Virus record (IMG/VR): IMGVR_UViG_3300032030_000014
Coordinates: 3,919 to 67,918 of that record
Source of the DNA: a virus
Strand: one strand, 5' to 3'
Length of the DNA stretch: 64,000 nt
The notes beneath the pieces were generated by a model. The model searched no databases, had not been told where the DNA came from, and was given only the letters and a program-made list of their open reading frames with translations. Within the stretch, counting starts at the first letter, position 1. Each line of letters starts with the position of its first letter. The translations under genes and the position numbers were made by a program. Below are positions 36,119-45,551 of the stretch, in pieces.

Positions 36119-36961
36119 ATGATTACTCGCTGGCTTCTTACTGGCGATTGTCACGGCGAATTCACCAGGTTTAAAAACTATGATAAAGAAGTCCAGCAAG
36201 ATGAAAATACAGCAGTAATCATCCTCGGTGATGCTGGACTGAACTGGACATTGGACGAGCACGATAGTCAGATGAAGAACTTCCTATCCAAAAGATATAA
36301 GTTTAGGATCTACTGCGTGCGTGGAAACCACGAAGCACGACCTGCTGATGTTCCTGGGATGAAACTCATTTATGACGAGGATGTTGGCGGTGAAGTATAT
36401 ATGCAAGAAAAATGGCCTAATATTAGATATTTTAAAGATTGGGGTATTTATCTAATTGACGGCTTAGAAATCGCCGTTATTGGTGGAGCATATTCTGTTG
36501 ATAAGTGGTTTCGGCTTGATCGCGGTGCTATCTGGTTTGAAAATGAACAACTTACCGATGAAGAAATGCTTGCGGCAACTATAGAATTAACTGGAGCGGA
36601 AGTTGATATGGTATTTACCCATACTTGTCCTATCTGTTGGGAACCTTGGGATTTATTCCTTCCCAGCATTGATCAAAGTCGAGTGGATAAGTCCATGGAA
36701 CTATTTTTAGAAGAAATTGCTCAATGTTTTGGGTGGAAAATTTGGGTGTTTGGTCATTATCACGAAGACCGCCTAGAGCGTCCAGGAGTTGAGCAATTTT
36801 TTAAAAAGACAGAAGAGCTAAAGACTGTATGGGACAGATGGCAAAATTATGAAAAAGATAATGAATCTTTAAACTGGCGGTTGCCAAAAAGTCCAATGTT
36901 TTATGATAAAGATTTCGTTTTAGAGAAAAGAGAGGAATATTGGAAAAATGGAAAAAATTGA
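36119..36961 (+). CDS. calcineurin-like metallophosphoesterase (GDCHG, GDAGLN, VRGNHE)
   Basis: ORF track; phosphoesterase motifs I-III. Confidence 0.65.
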   Translation: MITRWLLTGDCHGEFTRFKNYDKEVQQDENTAVIILGDAGLNWTLDEHDSQMKNFLSKRYKFRIYCVRGNHEARPADVPGMKLIYDEDVGGEVYMQEKWPNIRYFKDWGIYLIDGLEIAVIGGAYSVDKWFRLDRGAIWFENEQLTDEEMLAATIELTGAEVDMVFTHTCPICWEPWDLFLPSIDQSRVDKSMELFLEEIAQCFGWKIWVFGHYHEDRLERPGVEQFFKKTEELKTVWDRWQNYEKDNESLNWRLPKSPMFYDKDFVLEKREEYWKNGKN

Positions 36962-37415
36962 AAAATTTGATGGACAATACGCTTTTCTTTCTAACTTCTA
37001 TGATAGCCCACTTCCAACCTCTGGAGGAACAGTAATTTTTCCAACAGTAGAACATTATTTTCAAGCAATGAAAACTGAAAATCCAGAAGAGAGAGAACGC
37101 ATAAGACTTGCGGCAACTCCTGGAAAAGCTAAACGATTAGGGCGCACGGTTAATTTGAGGGCTGATTGGGAAGAGATAAAGTTAAACGTGATGAAATATG
37201 CCTTAATTAAAAAGTTTAATAATAATCCTGAATTAAGAAATTTATTGCTTGAAACTGGCGATGCAGAACTCGTTGAAGGCAATTACTGGCACGATAACTT
37301 TTGGGGAAATTGTTCTTGTGAAAAATGTAAAAATATTAAAGGACAAAATCATTTAGGACAGCTTCTTATGGAAATTCGTGCAGAATATAGAAAATATAAC
37401 GATATTATCAGATAA
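36948..37415 (+). CDS. NADAR / YbiA-like (DUF1768) protein; possible ADP-ribosyl-DNA glycohydrolase (anti-DarT type)
   Basis: FLSNFYDSP ... EHYFQAMK ... W ... NYWHDNFWGNCSC pattern typical of NADAR. Confidence 0.55.
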   Translation: MEKIEKFDGQYAFLSNFYDSPLPTSGGTVIFPTVEHYFQAMKTENPEERERIRLAATPGKAKRLGRTVNLRADWEEIKLNVMKYALIKKFNNNPELRNLLLETGDAELVEGNYWHDNFWGNCSCEKCKNIKGQNHLGQLLMEIRAEYRKYNDIIR

Positions 37416-37442
37416 TCAAAGAGAGGAATAAATATCCTCTCT

Positions 37443-37471
37443 TTGATTTTTATAAAAAATTATTATATAAT
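37443..37471 (+). promoter_or_regulatory. conserved phage promoter (family)
   Basis: ttgatttttataaaaaattattatataat. Confidence 0.7.
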
Positions 37472-37506
37472 ATTTATAGAAAATAAAGAAAGGGTTGGTC
37501 TTATAA

Positions 37507-38304
37507 ATGAATATCTATTTTGACTTTGAAGCCACACAATTCTCAAATCAGGTTATTGCCATTGGAGCAACTTGCGACTATGGCGATTTCTGGTGTCTGG
37601 TGTCCAGTTTCCGCAAAAAGATTACTCCGTTTATCACTCAGCTGACCGGCATCACAAAGGAAATGGCTGAAGGTGCTCCTACTGCGGAAGAGGCTTTTTC
37701 TGATTTGCGTGAGTGGATTAGTAAGATGTGGGAATGTGCCGAAGAGCCGGTTTTCTATCACTGCTATGGCGATAGTGATAAAGATTTTCTCCATAATACC
37801 GCCTGGAAAATTGAAAACACTGGAATTGCCAATTTTGCTAATAATCTGGCAGATTCTTTGATTGACGATTCCAAAAAAGTGACACGTTTCTTCCACACCA
37901 AGGCTATTGGTGTATATAAGGCTCTGCGTTATTTTGAGCCTGAACTTGGTGAACAGGACCATGACCCGCTAAATGATGCAATCGCATTGCATCGTCTTAA
38001 TAATCATATCGACAAGGCTGAACCGCTGAATGAATATCCTTTTGTTGAGAACGATAAAATTATCAAAGTCGTTGCTCCTCAGCCTTCTAAGAGCGGTTAT
38101 CTTATTACCGCTATTTCATTGACTGATGTGGTTATGAAGCCCCGTTTCTTCGATACTTATGGCGAAGCCTGCGATTGGCTTTATGCCAGGGTCAAGAAGA
38201 AGAGCCCTGATGCAATAAGGGATAATATCTTGAAACGTATGAAAAAGGCTATTGACGAAACCTCTGATTATGGTGGTTTCCATTGGACTAAAGAAATTTG
38301 TTAA
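37507..38304 (+). CDS. DEDD-family 3'-5' exonuclease (DnaQ/RNase T-like)
   Basis: FDFEAT (Exo I) ... HDPLNDA (Exo III). Confidence 0.6.
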   Translation: MNIYFDFEATQFSNQVIAIGATCDYGDFWCLVSSFRKKITPFITQLTGITKEMAEGAPTAEEAFSDLREWISKMWECAEEPVFYHCYGDSDKDFLHNTAWKIENTGIANFANNLADSLIDDSKKVTRFFHTKAIGVYKALRYFEPELGEQDHDPLNDAIALHRLNNHIDKAEPLNEYPFVENDKIIKVVAPQPSKSGYLITAISLTDVVMKPRFFDTYGEACDWLYARVKKKSPDAIRDNILKRMKKAIDETSDYGGFHWTKEIC

Positions 38305-38322
38305 AGAAAGGATTGAGTAACA

Positions 38323-39669
38323 ATGAGCGAGCATGTTGGCTATATCGTAAAAATCAATGAGTTGAACCCTCATGCCAATGCTGACCGTCTGCAGATCGCA
38401 ACCATTTTTGGTGCTTCTGTAATTGTTGGGTTGGATGTTAAGGTGGGCGATCTCGGTGTATATTTCCCCATTGACCTTCAGCTGAGCGAGGAGTACTGTG
38501 CTCAGAATAACCTTGTCCGTAAGAAGGACGAGAATGGAAACAATATCGGCGGATACCTTGATCCCGATAAGCGGAATATACGTGCGATGAAACTCCGTGG
38601 TGAGAAGTCTGAGGGTCTCTTTATGCCTCTTGAGTCTCTTGCCTACACCGGCGAGACCAAGTTTGAGGTGGGTGAGAAGATTGACGTTCTCAACGGACAT
38701 GAGATTTGCCGTAAATATATCCCCAAGGGCAATTCTGGCGTCGCTCATGTCAAGGATGGAAACCATACCCGTAAGCATTCTGTTCCTATTGCACCTCTGT
38801 TCGCAGAGCACGCAGATACTGAGCAGCTGGCTTACAACCTGGATGCTTTCCGAGGCGGCGATCTTGTTGAGATCACCTTGAAGATGCACGGTACTTCTGG
38901 CCGCACTGGCTATCTGCCGAAGTTCCAGGGCTATAAGCGTACTTTCTGGGATAAGATCCTTCGTCGTCCTGGTACTCCTATTTACGATTGGGGTTATGTA
39001 ACCGGCACTCGTCGCGTTGTCCTCAACGACTTCGAGGATGGTGGATATTATGGCTCCAACGCATTCCGTGAGCCCCACGCAAAGTTCTTCGAGGGTAAGC
39101 TGCACAAGGGCGAGACCGTGTACTACGAGATCGTAGGTTTCACCAATGATGGTGCTCCTATCATGGCATCTGTTGCCAATAGCAAGATTTCTGATAAGGA
39201 GTTTGCTAAGCAGTACGGCAAGGAGACTGTGTTCTCTTATGGATGCGACCCGAAGGGTACTCCTGATGAGCCTCAGTCTGCCTGCTACGTCTATCGTATG
39301 ACCATGACCAACGAGGATGGCGATGTGGTGGAGTACACTCCCGACTTCATGCGTTATCGCTGTGAGCAGATGGGTGCCAAGTGCGTTCTTCCGTTCTGGA
39401 AGGGCTATATTCCTGAGGATCCCTACAAGCGTGATATGATTACTCCTGGCGATTGGATCAAGGATATTGCAGAGAAGTATTATGACGGACCTGACCCTGT
39501 CGGCAAGACTCATGTGCGTGAGGGCGTAGTTATCCGCATTGTGAATCACCCGAAGTTCTGTGCCTTCAAGCATAAGAACTTCTCCTTCAAGGTTCTTGAG
39601 GGTATCGCTAAGGATCTTGCAGCCGAGCCTGATATGGAGGAGGCTCAGGAGGTTCAGGACGATGTATAA
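38323..39669 (+). CDS. RNA ligase (Rnl2-like motif I KMHGTSGR) with N-terminal tRNA-binding OB domain (Myf/EMAP-like); candidate tRNA repair ligase
   Basis: N-terminus VGYIVKINELNPHANADRLQIATIFGASVIVGLDVKVGDLGVY...KLRGEKSEGLFMP resembles the tRNA-binding domain of MetRS/CsaA. KxHG nucleotidyl-transferase motif. Confidence 0.55.
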   Translation: MSEHVGYIVKINELNPHANADRLQIATIFGASVIVGLDVKVGDLGVYFPIDLQLSEEYCAQNNLVRKKDENGNNIGGYLDPDKRNIRAMKLRGEKSEGLFMPLESLAYTGETKFEVGEKIDVLNGHEICRKYIPKGNSGVAHVKDGNHTRKHSVPIAPLFAEHADTEQLAYNLDAFRGGDLVEITLKMHGTSGRTGYLPKFQGYKRTFWDKILRRPGTPIYDWGYVTGTRRVVLNDFEDGGYYGSNAFREPHAKFFEGKLHKGETVYYEIVGFTNDGAPIMASVANSKISDKEFAKQYGKETVFSYGCDPKGTPDEPQSACYVYRMTMTNEDGDVVEYTPDFMRYRCEQMGAKCVLPFWKGYIPEDPYKRDMITPGDWIKDIAEKYYDGPDPVGKTHVREGVVIRIVNHPKFCAFKHKNFSFKVLEGIAKDLAAEPDMEEAQEVQDDV

Positions 39670-39982
39670 TCCAGATCAGTTAGTTATGACTAAAGAAGAG
39701 GCAAGGTTCCCGTGGGAGCCGTTTAAGAGCAACACAGGAGACCCTCCTACTTCCACGGAACCTTCTTCTACTGTAATACCTACACCGCAGCCTGTTCCTC
39801 CAAAACTTTGCCCTTACCGCAAACAAACTGTATATATGACCATGGTACATGGAAGTAGAGTGGAAGTCTCTATGAACGATGCCACTTTTTCTGAGGAATT
39901 TTTCTTACCGTGTACAGAAGATTGTATATGCTATGTAAAATATGCCTTAAATGGCTATAGTCCAACTTGTAATCATAAATAA
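39662..39982 (+). CDS. hypothetical Pro/Thr-rich protein (106 aa)
   Basis: Internal ATG of ORF 39560..39982, overlapping the ligase stop. Confidence 0.45.
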   Translation: MYNPDQLVMTKEEARFPWEPFKSNTGDPPTSTEPSSTVIPTPQPVPPKLCPYRKQTVYMTMVHGSRVEVSMNDATFSEEFFLPCTEDCICYVKYALNGYSPTCNHK

Positions 39983-39988
39983 AAAAAA

Positions 39989-40016
39989 TAAGCCTCTTAG
40001 AAATAAGAGGCTTATT
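39989..40016 (+). terminator. rho-independent terminator (aagcctcttagaaataagaggctt + T-rich)
   Basis: Hairpin seen directly. Confidence 0.65.
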
Positions 40017-40044
40017 TGATTTTTTATAAAAAATATTGTATAAT
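40016..40044 (+). promoter_or_regulatory. conserved phage promoter (family)
   Basis: ttgattttttataaaaaatattgtataat. Confidence 0.7.
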
Positions 40045-40074
40045 AATTATAGAAAAAATAAAGGAGTGATACCT

Positions 40075-40854
40075 ATGGGAAGAGTATTTGCTCTAAGTGA
40101 CCTTCATGGTCAACGAGCATTATGGGAACAAATCAAGGAATATCTTGAGCCGGATGACAAGCTATTTTTTCTTGGCGACGCAATAGACCGCGGACCTGAT
40201 GGATTTGCAATTATGAAGGAGCTATTGACCGATAAGAGAGTAACTTATCTCAAGGGTAATCATGAAGCTTTGATGGAAGATGCTTTGTGTGAAATTCGTA
40301 GATATGAAGATCTTGGAGAAATGTTTACTCTCTGGCTTCAGAATGGTTGTTATCCAACCTATGAAGCATGGCTTAATAATGGAATGAATTTTGGTTGGAT
40401 CCATATTCTTCATAATCTTCCTACCAAATATACTTATGTAAATGCCAAGGGAGAAGAGGTTTGTCTATCCCATGCTGGCTTTACTCCTGGCTCACAGGCA
40501 GTAAGTGATTTTGATTTGATATGGAATAGAAAGCATTTTTTTGACAGTATTCCAGAAGAGTATCAAGATTGTCACGAAATCATTGTTCATGGACACACTC
40601 CAACGGTGTTTATTATGGAAGATTTTGACAAGGTTAATCAACTTGCCGCTTGGAATCAGCAAAATGGAAAACATGGTAATACATATTATTTCCAGGAGAG
40701 AGAAGGAGCAGTTATCTATGGAGATGGATGTAAAGTATGTATTGACTGCGGCTGTTTCGCAACTGGACACACTGTTTTGTTAAATCTGGATACCTGGGAA
40801 GTAATTCCCTTTGATGCAGACATTGAAGATGGTGAGGAGGATATTAACGAATGA
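40075..40854 (+). CDS. metallophosphoesterase / Ser-Thr phosphatase-like (LSDLHGQ, GDAIDRGPDG, GNHE)
   Basis: ATG with RBS aaaggagtgatacctatg; ORF-track start 40036 lies inside the promoter. Confidence 0.65.
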   Translation: MGRVFALSDLHGQRALWEQIKEYLEPDDKLFFLGDAIDRGPDGFAIMKELLTDKRVTYLKGNHEALMEDALCEIRRYEDLGEMFTLWLQNGCYPTYEAWLNNGMNFGWIHILHNLPTKYTYVNAKGEEVCLSHAGFTPGSQAVSDFDLIWNRKHFFDSIPEEYQDCHEIIVHGHTPTVFIMEDFDKVNQLAAWNQQNGKHGNTYYFQEREGAVIYGDGCKVCIDCGCFATGHTVLLNLDTWEVIPFDADIEDGEEDINE

Positions 40855-41075
40855 GCTCTTATGATTGGGAAGATCTTGGTATAGCAATTGTCGTTGCAAT
40901 TTTTGCTCTTGTTTTGGCTTTTTTTGAAGCAATTCTCGGAGTTTGGCTGTGGAGAAAAATTATGGTAGAAATTTTCAATCTTCCATATTTGACTTTCTGG
41001 CAGTTTTATGGTCTGACCGTTTTAATTCACATCATTTTCCCCGGCAGAACAGTAAAAATTAAGGAGAAAAACTAA
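40851..41075 (+). CDS. small membrane protein (2 TM helices)
   Basis: ORF track; hydrophobic segments. Confidence 0.5.
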   Translation: MSSYDWEDLGIAIVVAIFALVLAFFEAILGVWLWRKIMVEIFNLPYLTFWQFYGLTVLIHIIFPGRTVKIKEKN

Positions 41076-41335
41076 TGGCTAAATATGAAGAGCATCAGTT
41101 TTATTGTCTTCTTTGCGGCAGGCCTGGTATTCCACTCCGAAGAAAAACAGGTTTTCAACACGGTGCAATGCATCGTAAGAAATTGTATTGCCCCTACTGT
41201 AAAACCGAAGTAAATCATGTTGAAATAAGAAACATTCTTGAAAAAGAAAAGTTTCTTGAAGACTTTAAAAATGGGGTGTATAAAGATGAAGCAGAAGAAT
41301 CTCGTAATACTTGCCGGAATTCCAGGTGCGGGTAA
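41075..41335 (+). CDS. small zinc-ribbon protein (CLLCG ... CPYC)
   Basis: ORF track; overlapping stop and start. Confidence 0.5.
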   Translation: MAKYEEHQFYCLLCGRPGIPLRRKTGFQHGAMHRKKLYCPYCKTEVNHVEIRNILEKEKFLEDFKNGVYKDEAEESRNTCRNSRCG

Positions 41336-41786
41336 ATCTACTTGGGTTAAACAACACCTTGGTGAAAATGATATATATGTTTCTCGTGATGAAGTGCGTT
41401 TTTCTCTTATCAGCAATGAAGAAGAGTATTTTTCTCATGAGACTGAAACATTCGATAAGTTTGTGCGAGGAATTGAAAAGAATTTGGAAAAGGGTAAGCG
41501 TGTTTTCGCAGACGCAACACATATCAATTGGGCAAGTCGCCGCAAATTGATTGAGCGTTTACACAATCGTGAAGATATTGATATTGATGTGTATTACTTC
41601 ACTATCACTCTTCCTCTTGCGATTGCTCGAAATAATCAGCGCCAAGGACGTGCTCGCGTACCAGAGGATGTTATCCACCGCATGTATAAACAATCTACTC
41701 ATCCGTCTACCGACCCCTTTACTTATCATACAATAAAACTAATTTTTTCTGATGGACAAGAGACTGTTGTAAAGGAGGGTGAATAA
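41286..41786 (+). CDS. P-loop polynucleotide-kinase-like protein (GIPGAGKST ... SRDEVR)
   Basis: Walker A plus Pnk-like SRD motif. ORF track 41238..41786; the start I chose is the first ATG not overlapping most of the upstream gene. Confidence 0.5.
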   Translation: MKQKNLVILAGIPGAGKSTWVKQHLGENDIYVSRDEVRFSLISNEEEYFSHETETFDKFVRGIEKNLEKGKRVFADATHINWASRRKLIERLHNREDIDIDVYYFTITLPLAIARNNQRQGRARVPEDVIHRMYKQSTHPSTDPFTYHTIKLIFSDGQETVVKEGE

Positions 41787-41787
41787 T

Positions 41788-42306
41788 ATGTAGACTATTT
41801 GGATTGCATGCGGTCCACCTGCAAGCGGAAAAAGTACAGCTATACAAGAAAGAATTCAAGATAATGAATTATATGTATCTCGTGATGCGGTAAGATTATC
41901 TATGATTCCAGAAGGCGAAACAATCTACTCTGTTTATGAAGATGATGTTTATCATAATTTTATTGAAGCAGTTCAAAACGCAATCAATACAGGAAAAAAT
42001 GTCTATATAGACGATACTCATTGTTTTGCTAAAAATCGTAAAGAATTGCTTGATAACTTAGATATATCAGAAGTAGATAAAATAAATATTATCTGTTTTA
42101 AAACCTCTTTATTTTTCTGTATCAAGAGAAATAATAAAAGAGATAGTTGGCATAGAACTAATGCTCAAACCGTTTCAAGAGAATTTTATGCTCTGCAAAC
42201 AGAAGATCCTGCTAATGATGACTTTTATAAGTATGATGAAATTCATTATATTTATGATGATGGAACAGAAGAGGTGAAATATAAAAATGATTTGGGTAAC
42301 GAGTGA
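41788..42306 (+). CDS. second P-loop kinase-like protein (CGPPASGKST ... SRDAVR); TAG is codon 2
   Basis: ATG-TAG-ACT...; in frame with ORF 41902..42306; Walker A lies upstream of the ORF-track start. Confidence 0.5.
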
Positions 42307-42883
42307 CTGGCATTTTGGTCATGACAGAGAATTTATCTGGAAGGCTCGCGGTTTTGCCAGTGTTGAAGATATGAATGAATATATTATCAATGCACATAAT
42401 GCGATTGTAAAGCCAGAAGATGATGTTTATGTTCTTGGCGATTTGATGCTCGGTGATAGCGATAAGGGTATTGAATGCGTTAAGCGTATGAATGGAAAAC
42501 TTCATATTGTATGGGGCAACCATGATACAGATTCTCGTAAAGCGAAATATAATGCTCTGCCGAATGTGGTTGAAAGCGGTCATGTAATCGTGCTGAAATA
42601 CAAAAAGCATAACTTCTATATGAGCCATTATCCTACGCTAACCGGCAACCTTGAACAAGAAAGTCTGACGCAAATGACGCTTAATCTTTTTGGGCATACT
42701 CACCAAAAGACAAATTTTCATATGGATATGCCCTTTATGTATCATGTTGGCGTAGATTCTCATAAATGTTTTCCAGTAAACCTGGATAATATTATCGAAG
42801 AGATGCACGCAAAAGTAAAAGAGTGTAAGGAGTTCCTCGATGAACCGGACGATAAGAAAACGCCAGAAGTGGAGTTGGCTTAG
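42287..42883 (+). CDS. metallophosphoesterase (DWHFGH, GDLMLGD, GNHD)
   Basis: ORF track; phosphoesterase motifs. Confidence 0.65.
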   Translation: MIWVTSDWHFGHDREFIWKARGFASVEDMNEYIINAHNAIVKPEDDVYVLGDLMLGDSDKGIECVKRMNGKLHIVWGNHDTDSRKAKYNALPNVVESGHVIVLKYKKHNFYMSHYPTLTGNLEQESLTQMTLNLFGHTHQKTNFHMDMPFMYHVGVDSHKCFPVNLDNIIEEMHAKVKECKEFLDEPDDKKTPEVELA

Positions 42884-43112
42884 ACAGAAGGAATTGAACA
42901 AGTTCCTGAGCCCTATAGAGCAGCCGCAATTAACTGGGATTACGAGACACAGCGATGCGATAAATGCGTTCATTACAGAAGTCAATGCGGTGGCCCATCT
43001 CGGTATCGACCAGGGAAATGCCCCCCTGGACAATCTTATAAAAGGGATCCTCCTGACGGTGGATTCTATGGATGATTATTTTGTTGATTTATTTAAACAA
43101 GGGTACATTTAA
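42840..43112 (+). CDS. hypothetical protein (90 aa)
   Basis: ORF track. Confidence 0.4.
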   Translation: MNRTIRKRQKWSWLRQKELNKFLSPIEQPQLTGITRHSDAINAFITEVNAVAHLGIDQGNAPLDNLIKGILLTVDSMDDYFVDLFKQGYI

Positions 43113-43140
43113 AAATTAAATAATAAAAGGAGAAAAGAAA

Positions 43141-44619
43141 ATGCTGAGTACAATTTTGCCGTTCATTCCTTTCGTTGTGATTGCGATTGTTGTTATCGCA
43201 ATTCTTTGCAGTGGTTATATCAAGGCTCCGCCCGATATGGCTTACATCATCTCTGGTCTTCACAAAAAGCCTCGTATCCTTATTGGTAAGGCCGGCATCA
43301 AGATTCCTTTCTTCGAGCGAGTTGATAAGCTCTCACTTGGTGCCATCCAGATTGATGTAAAGACCGGCTCTGCCGTTCCTACTGCCGAATATATCAACGT
43401 TAGAGTGGATAGCACAGTTTCAGTGCGTGTAGGTAGAACTGATGAAATGATTGCGTTGGCGGCTCAGAACTTTTTGAATGTTGGGCGTGAAGAGATTGCG
43501 CGCAAGATTAATGATCTCCTGGAAGGCAACATTCGTGAAATTGTTGGCCAAATGAAGCTGACTGAAATGATTGGCGACCGCAAGAGCTTCTCTGAAAAGG
43601 TGCAGGAAAATGCTGTTCCCGACCTCGCCAGATATGGTCTTGAGCTGATTACCTTCAACGTTCAGAACTTCGTTGATGACAACGACGTTATTCAGAACCT
43701 TGGTATTGATAACGTCGCACAGATTTCCAAGAACGCTGCTATCGCTCGTTCAAACGCTGAACGCGAAGTTGAAGTCGCAAAGGCTGCAAACGCAAAGCAG
43801 GCAAATGACGCTAAGGTCCAGGCTGCTGAAGAGATTGCCAAGAGAAACAATGACCTGGCAATCAAGCAGGCAAATCTTCAGCGTGAAGCTGATACTGAGA
43901 AGGCTCGTGCCGAGGCTGCCAAGAGCATCGAGGCAGAAAATCAGCGTAAGTTGAAGGATGTTGCTGAAACCGAAGCGAATATCGCCAAGGCACAGAAGCA
44001 AGCCGAACTCAAGCAGAAGGAAATTGAACTGAAAGAGTATGAACTGACCGCTCTTGTGCGTAAGCAGGCTGATGCCGATAAGTACGCTCAGGAGAAGGCA
44101 GCTGAAGCAAAAATGGTTCAGCAGCAGCGAGAGGCTGAGGCTCGTGCTTACGAGCAGGTGAAGAGATCTGAAGCCGCAAAACGTGCAACTGAGCTCGAAG
44201 CGGAAGCACGCAAGTTGCAGGCAGATGCTGATAAGTATGCGGCGATGGCTGAGGCGGAAGCAATTAAGGCAAAGGGTGAAGCTGAAGCTGAGGCAATCCG
44301 CTTGAAAGGCGAGGCTGAAGCTATTGGTATTGAGAAGAAGGCTGAGGCTCAGAAGAAGATGGGTGAAGCTTCCGTTATCGAAATGATTATGAACGCACTG
44401 CCCGAAATGACTGCGGCCGCCGCGGCTCCTTTGAGCCAGGTTGATAGCATCACTATGTACGGCGATGGCAATGGAGCTAAAATGGTTGGTGACATCACTA
44501 CTTCCGTCAGTAAGGTCATCTCTGGCGTGAAAGATGCAACCGGAGTGGACATTGCGTCCCTTATCGCCGGATATATGAGTGGCAAGACTCTGACTGGCAA
44601 TCCTCCCACGCAAGAATAA
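43141..44619 (+). CDS. SPFH/Band-7 (flotillin-like) membrane protein with long Ala/Glu/Lys coiled-coil region (492 aa)
   Basis: N-terminal TM helix; Band-7 core (YIISGL ... IQIDVKTG ... YINVRVDSTVSVRV); ~200-aa EA-rich coiled coil. Confidence 0.6.
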   Translation: MLSTILPFIPFVVIAIVVIAILCSGYIKAPPDMAYIISGLHKKPRILIGKAGIKIPFFERVDKLSLGAIQIDVKTGSAVPTAEYINVRVDSTVSVRVGRTDEMIALAAQNFLNVGREEIARKINDLLEGNIREIVGQMKLTEMIGDRKSFSEKVQENAVPDLARYGLELITFNVQNFVDDNDVIQNLGIDNVAQISKNAAIARSNAEREVEVAKAANAKQANDAKVQAAEEIAKRNNDLAIKQANLQREADTEKARAEAAKSIEAENQRKLKDVAETEANIAKAQKQAELKQKEIELKEYELTALVRKQADADKYAQEKAAEAKMVQQQREAEARAYEQVKRSEAAKRATELEAEARKLQADADKYAAMAEAEAIKAKGEAEAEAIRLKGEAEAIGIEKKAEAQKKMGEASVIEMIMNALPEMTAAAAAPLSQVDSITMYGDGNGAKMVGDITTSVSKVISGVKDATGVDIASLIAGYMSGKTLTGNPPTQE

Positions 44620-44625
44620 CTTATA

Positions 44626-44661
44626 AAGGGGTGTAACTTCGGTTACACCTCTTTTTTGTTT
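44626..44661 (+). terminator. rho-independent terminator (aaggggtgtaacttcggttacacctctttttt)
   Basis: Hairpin plus T-run. Confidence 0.75.
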
Positions 44662-44727
44662 CCGAAAACGACCGAGGTTCGGTTCGCCGCGCCCATAGCA
44701 AATTTTTTTACCAAAAAGGGGAAAGGG

Positions 44728-44756
44728 TTGCTTTTCTTAAAATTTTTTGCTATAAT
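44728..44756 (+). promoter_or_regulatory. promoter variant (TTGCTT, 17 nt, TATAAT)
   Basis: ttgcttttcttaaaattttttgctataat. Confidence 0.55.
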
Positions 44757-44799
44757 TTAATTAGAAAATAATAAATAGAAAGGGTGTTTTTATCTATCA

Positions 44800-45234
44800 A
44801 TGAAGCACGAACCTAAGTTCTATTTCAATCCTGATGAAGGATCTTCTCTTTGTGTTATTTAGACTAAAACAAAAACATATATTGGGACCGCCCAATGCAC
44901 GAAAGAAGATAGAGATATGATGAGCGAAAAAACAGGTTGTGAAATTGCTTATCATAGAGCCGTAATTCATTCTTTGGAAGATAGAGTAAATGATTTAAAA
45001 GGCGAATTAGCTGGATTGAAAAAGTATTATTATACAATAAATCAAAGCAAATATTATCAATCTGATAGTTATTATGTAGTTATGTTAAATAATCAAATTC
45101 AATAGAGAAATGATGATATAGATTTTACAAAAAAAATGATTAAAAAGGAAAAAAATTATTTAAAAAACTATATGCAAGATAAAGCTGAGTTTTATAAAAA
45201 GATTAGACGTAATAGGTAGGTCAATTCAAATTAA
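44800..45234 (+). CDS. hypothetical protein with 3 in-frame TAG codons (144 aa)
   Basis: RBS aaagggtg; ATG at 44800 is in frame with ORF 44917..45105; TAGs at 3 positions; ends TAA at 45232. Confidence 0.45.
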
Positions 45235-45272
45235 TAAACCTATCCATTTTTTCATAATAAATGAACTAAAGA

Positions 45273-45551
45273 ATGGAAAGGGTGATACTTATTACTATTC
45301 TATTAGTATTTTGTATGGGCTATGCTTTGTGTGCCTGGGGGGTTCCATTCCTTGATAACATATTTAATACTATTGCTGTATTTTTTCAATTACTTCAAGG
45401 AAAAATGGCAGTAAAAATAACTGCGGACTCTGTAAAAGCAGCTAAATTAAAAGAGGCACTAAATAAAGATGGAGAAAGCACTAGAGTAATAGGCTTTACA
45501 CTCCCCAATCCAATAGAAGAAGAGGAAGAAGAATATGAAGATGACGAATAA
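45273..45551 (+). CDS. small membrane protein with acidic C-terminus (92 aa)
   Basis: ORF track. Confidence 0.5.
   Translation: MERVILITILLVFCMGYALCAWGVPFLDNIFNTIAVFFQLLQGKMAVKITADSVKAAKLKEALNKDGESTRVIGFTLPNPIEEEEEEYEDDE

Noticed and set aside
40036-40074. ORF-track start at 40036 for the phosphoesterase (MYNNYRKNKGVIPM...)
   Set aside because: This N-terminal extension is the promoter -10 region translated. The real start is the ATG at 40075 with a good RBS.
43750-44613. 287-aa minus-strand ORF antisense to the flotillin-like gene
   Set aside because: Low-complexity antisense of the GC-rich EA-repeat region.
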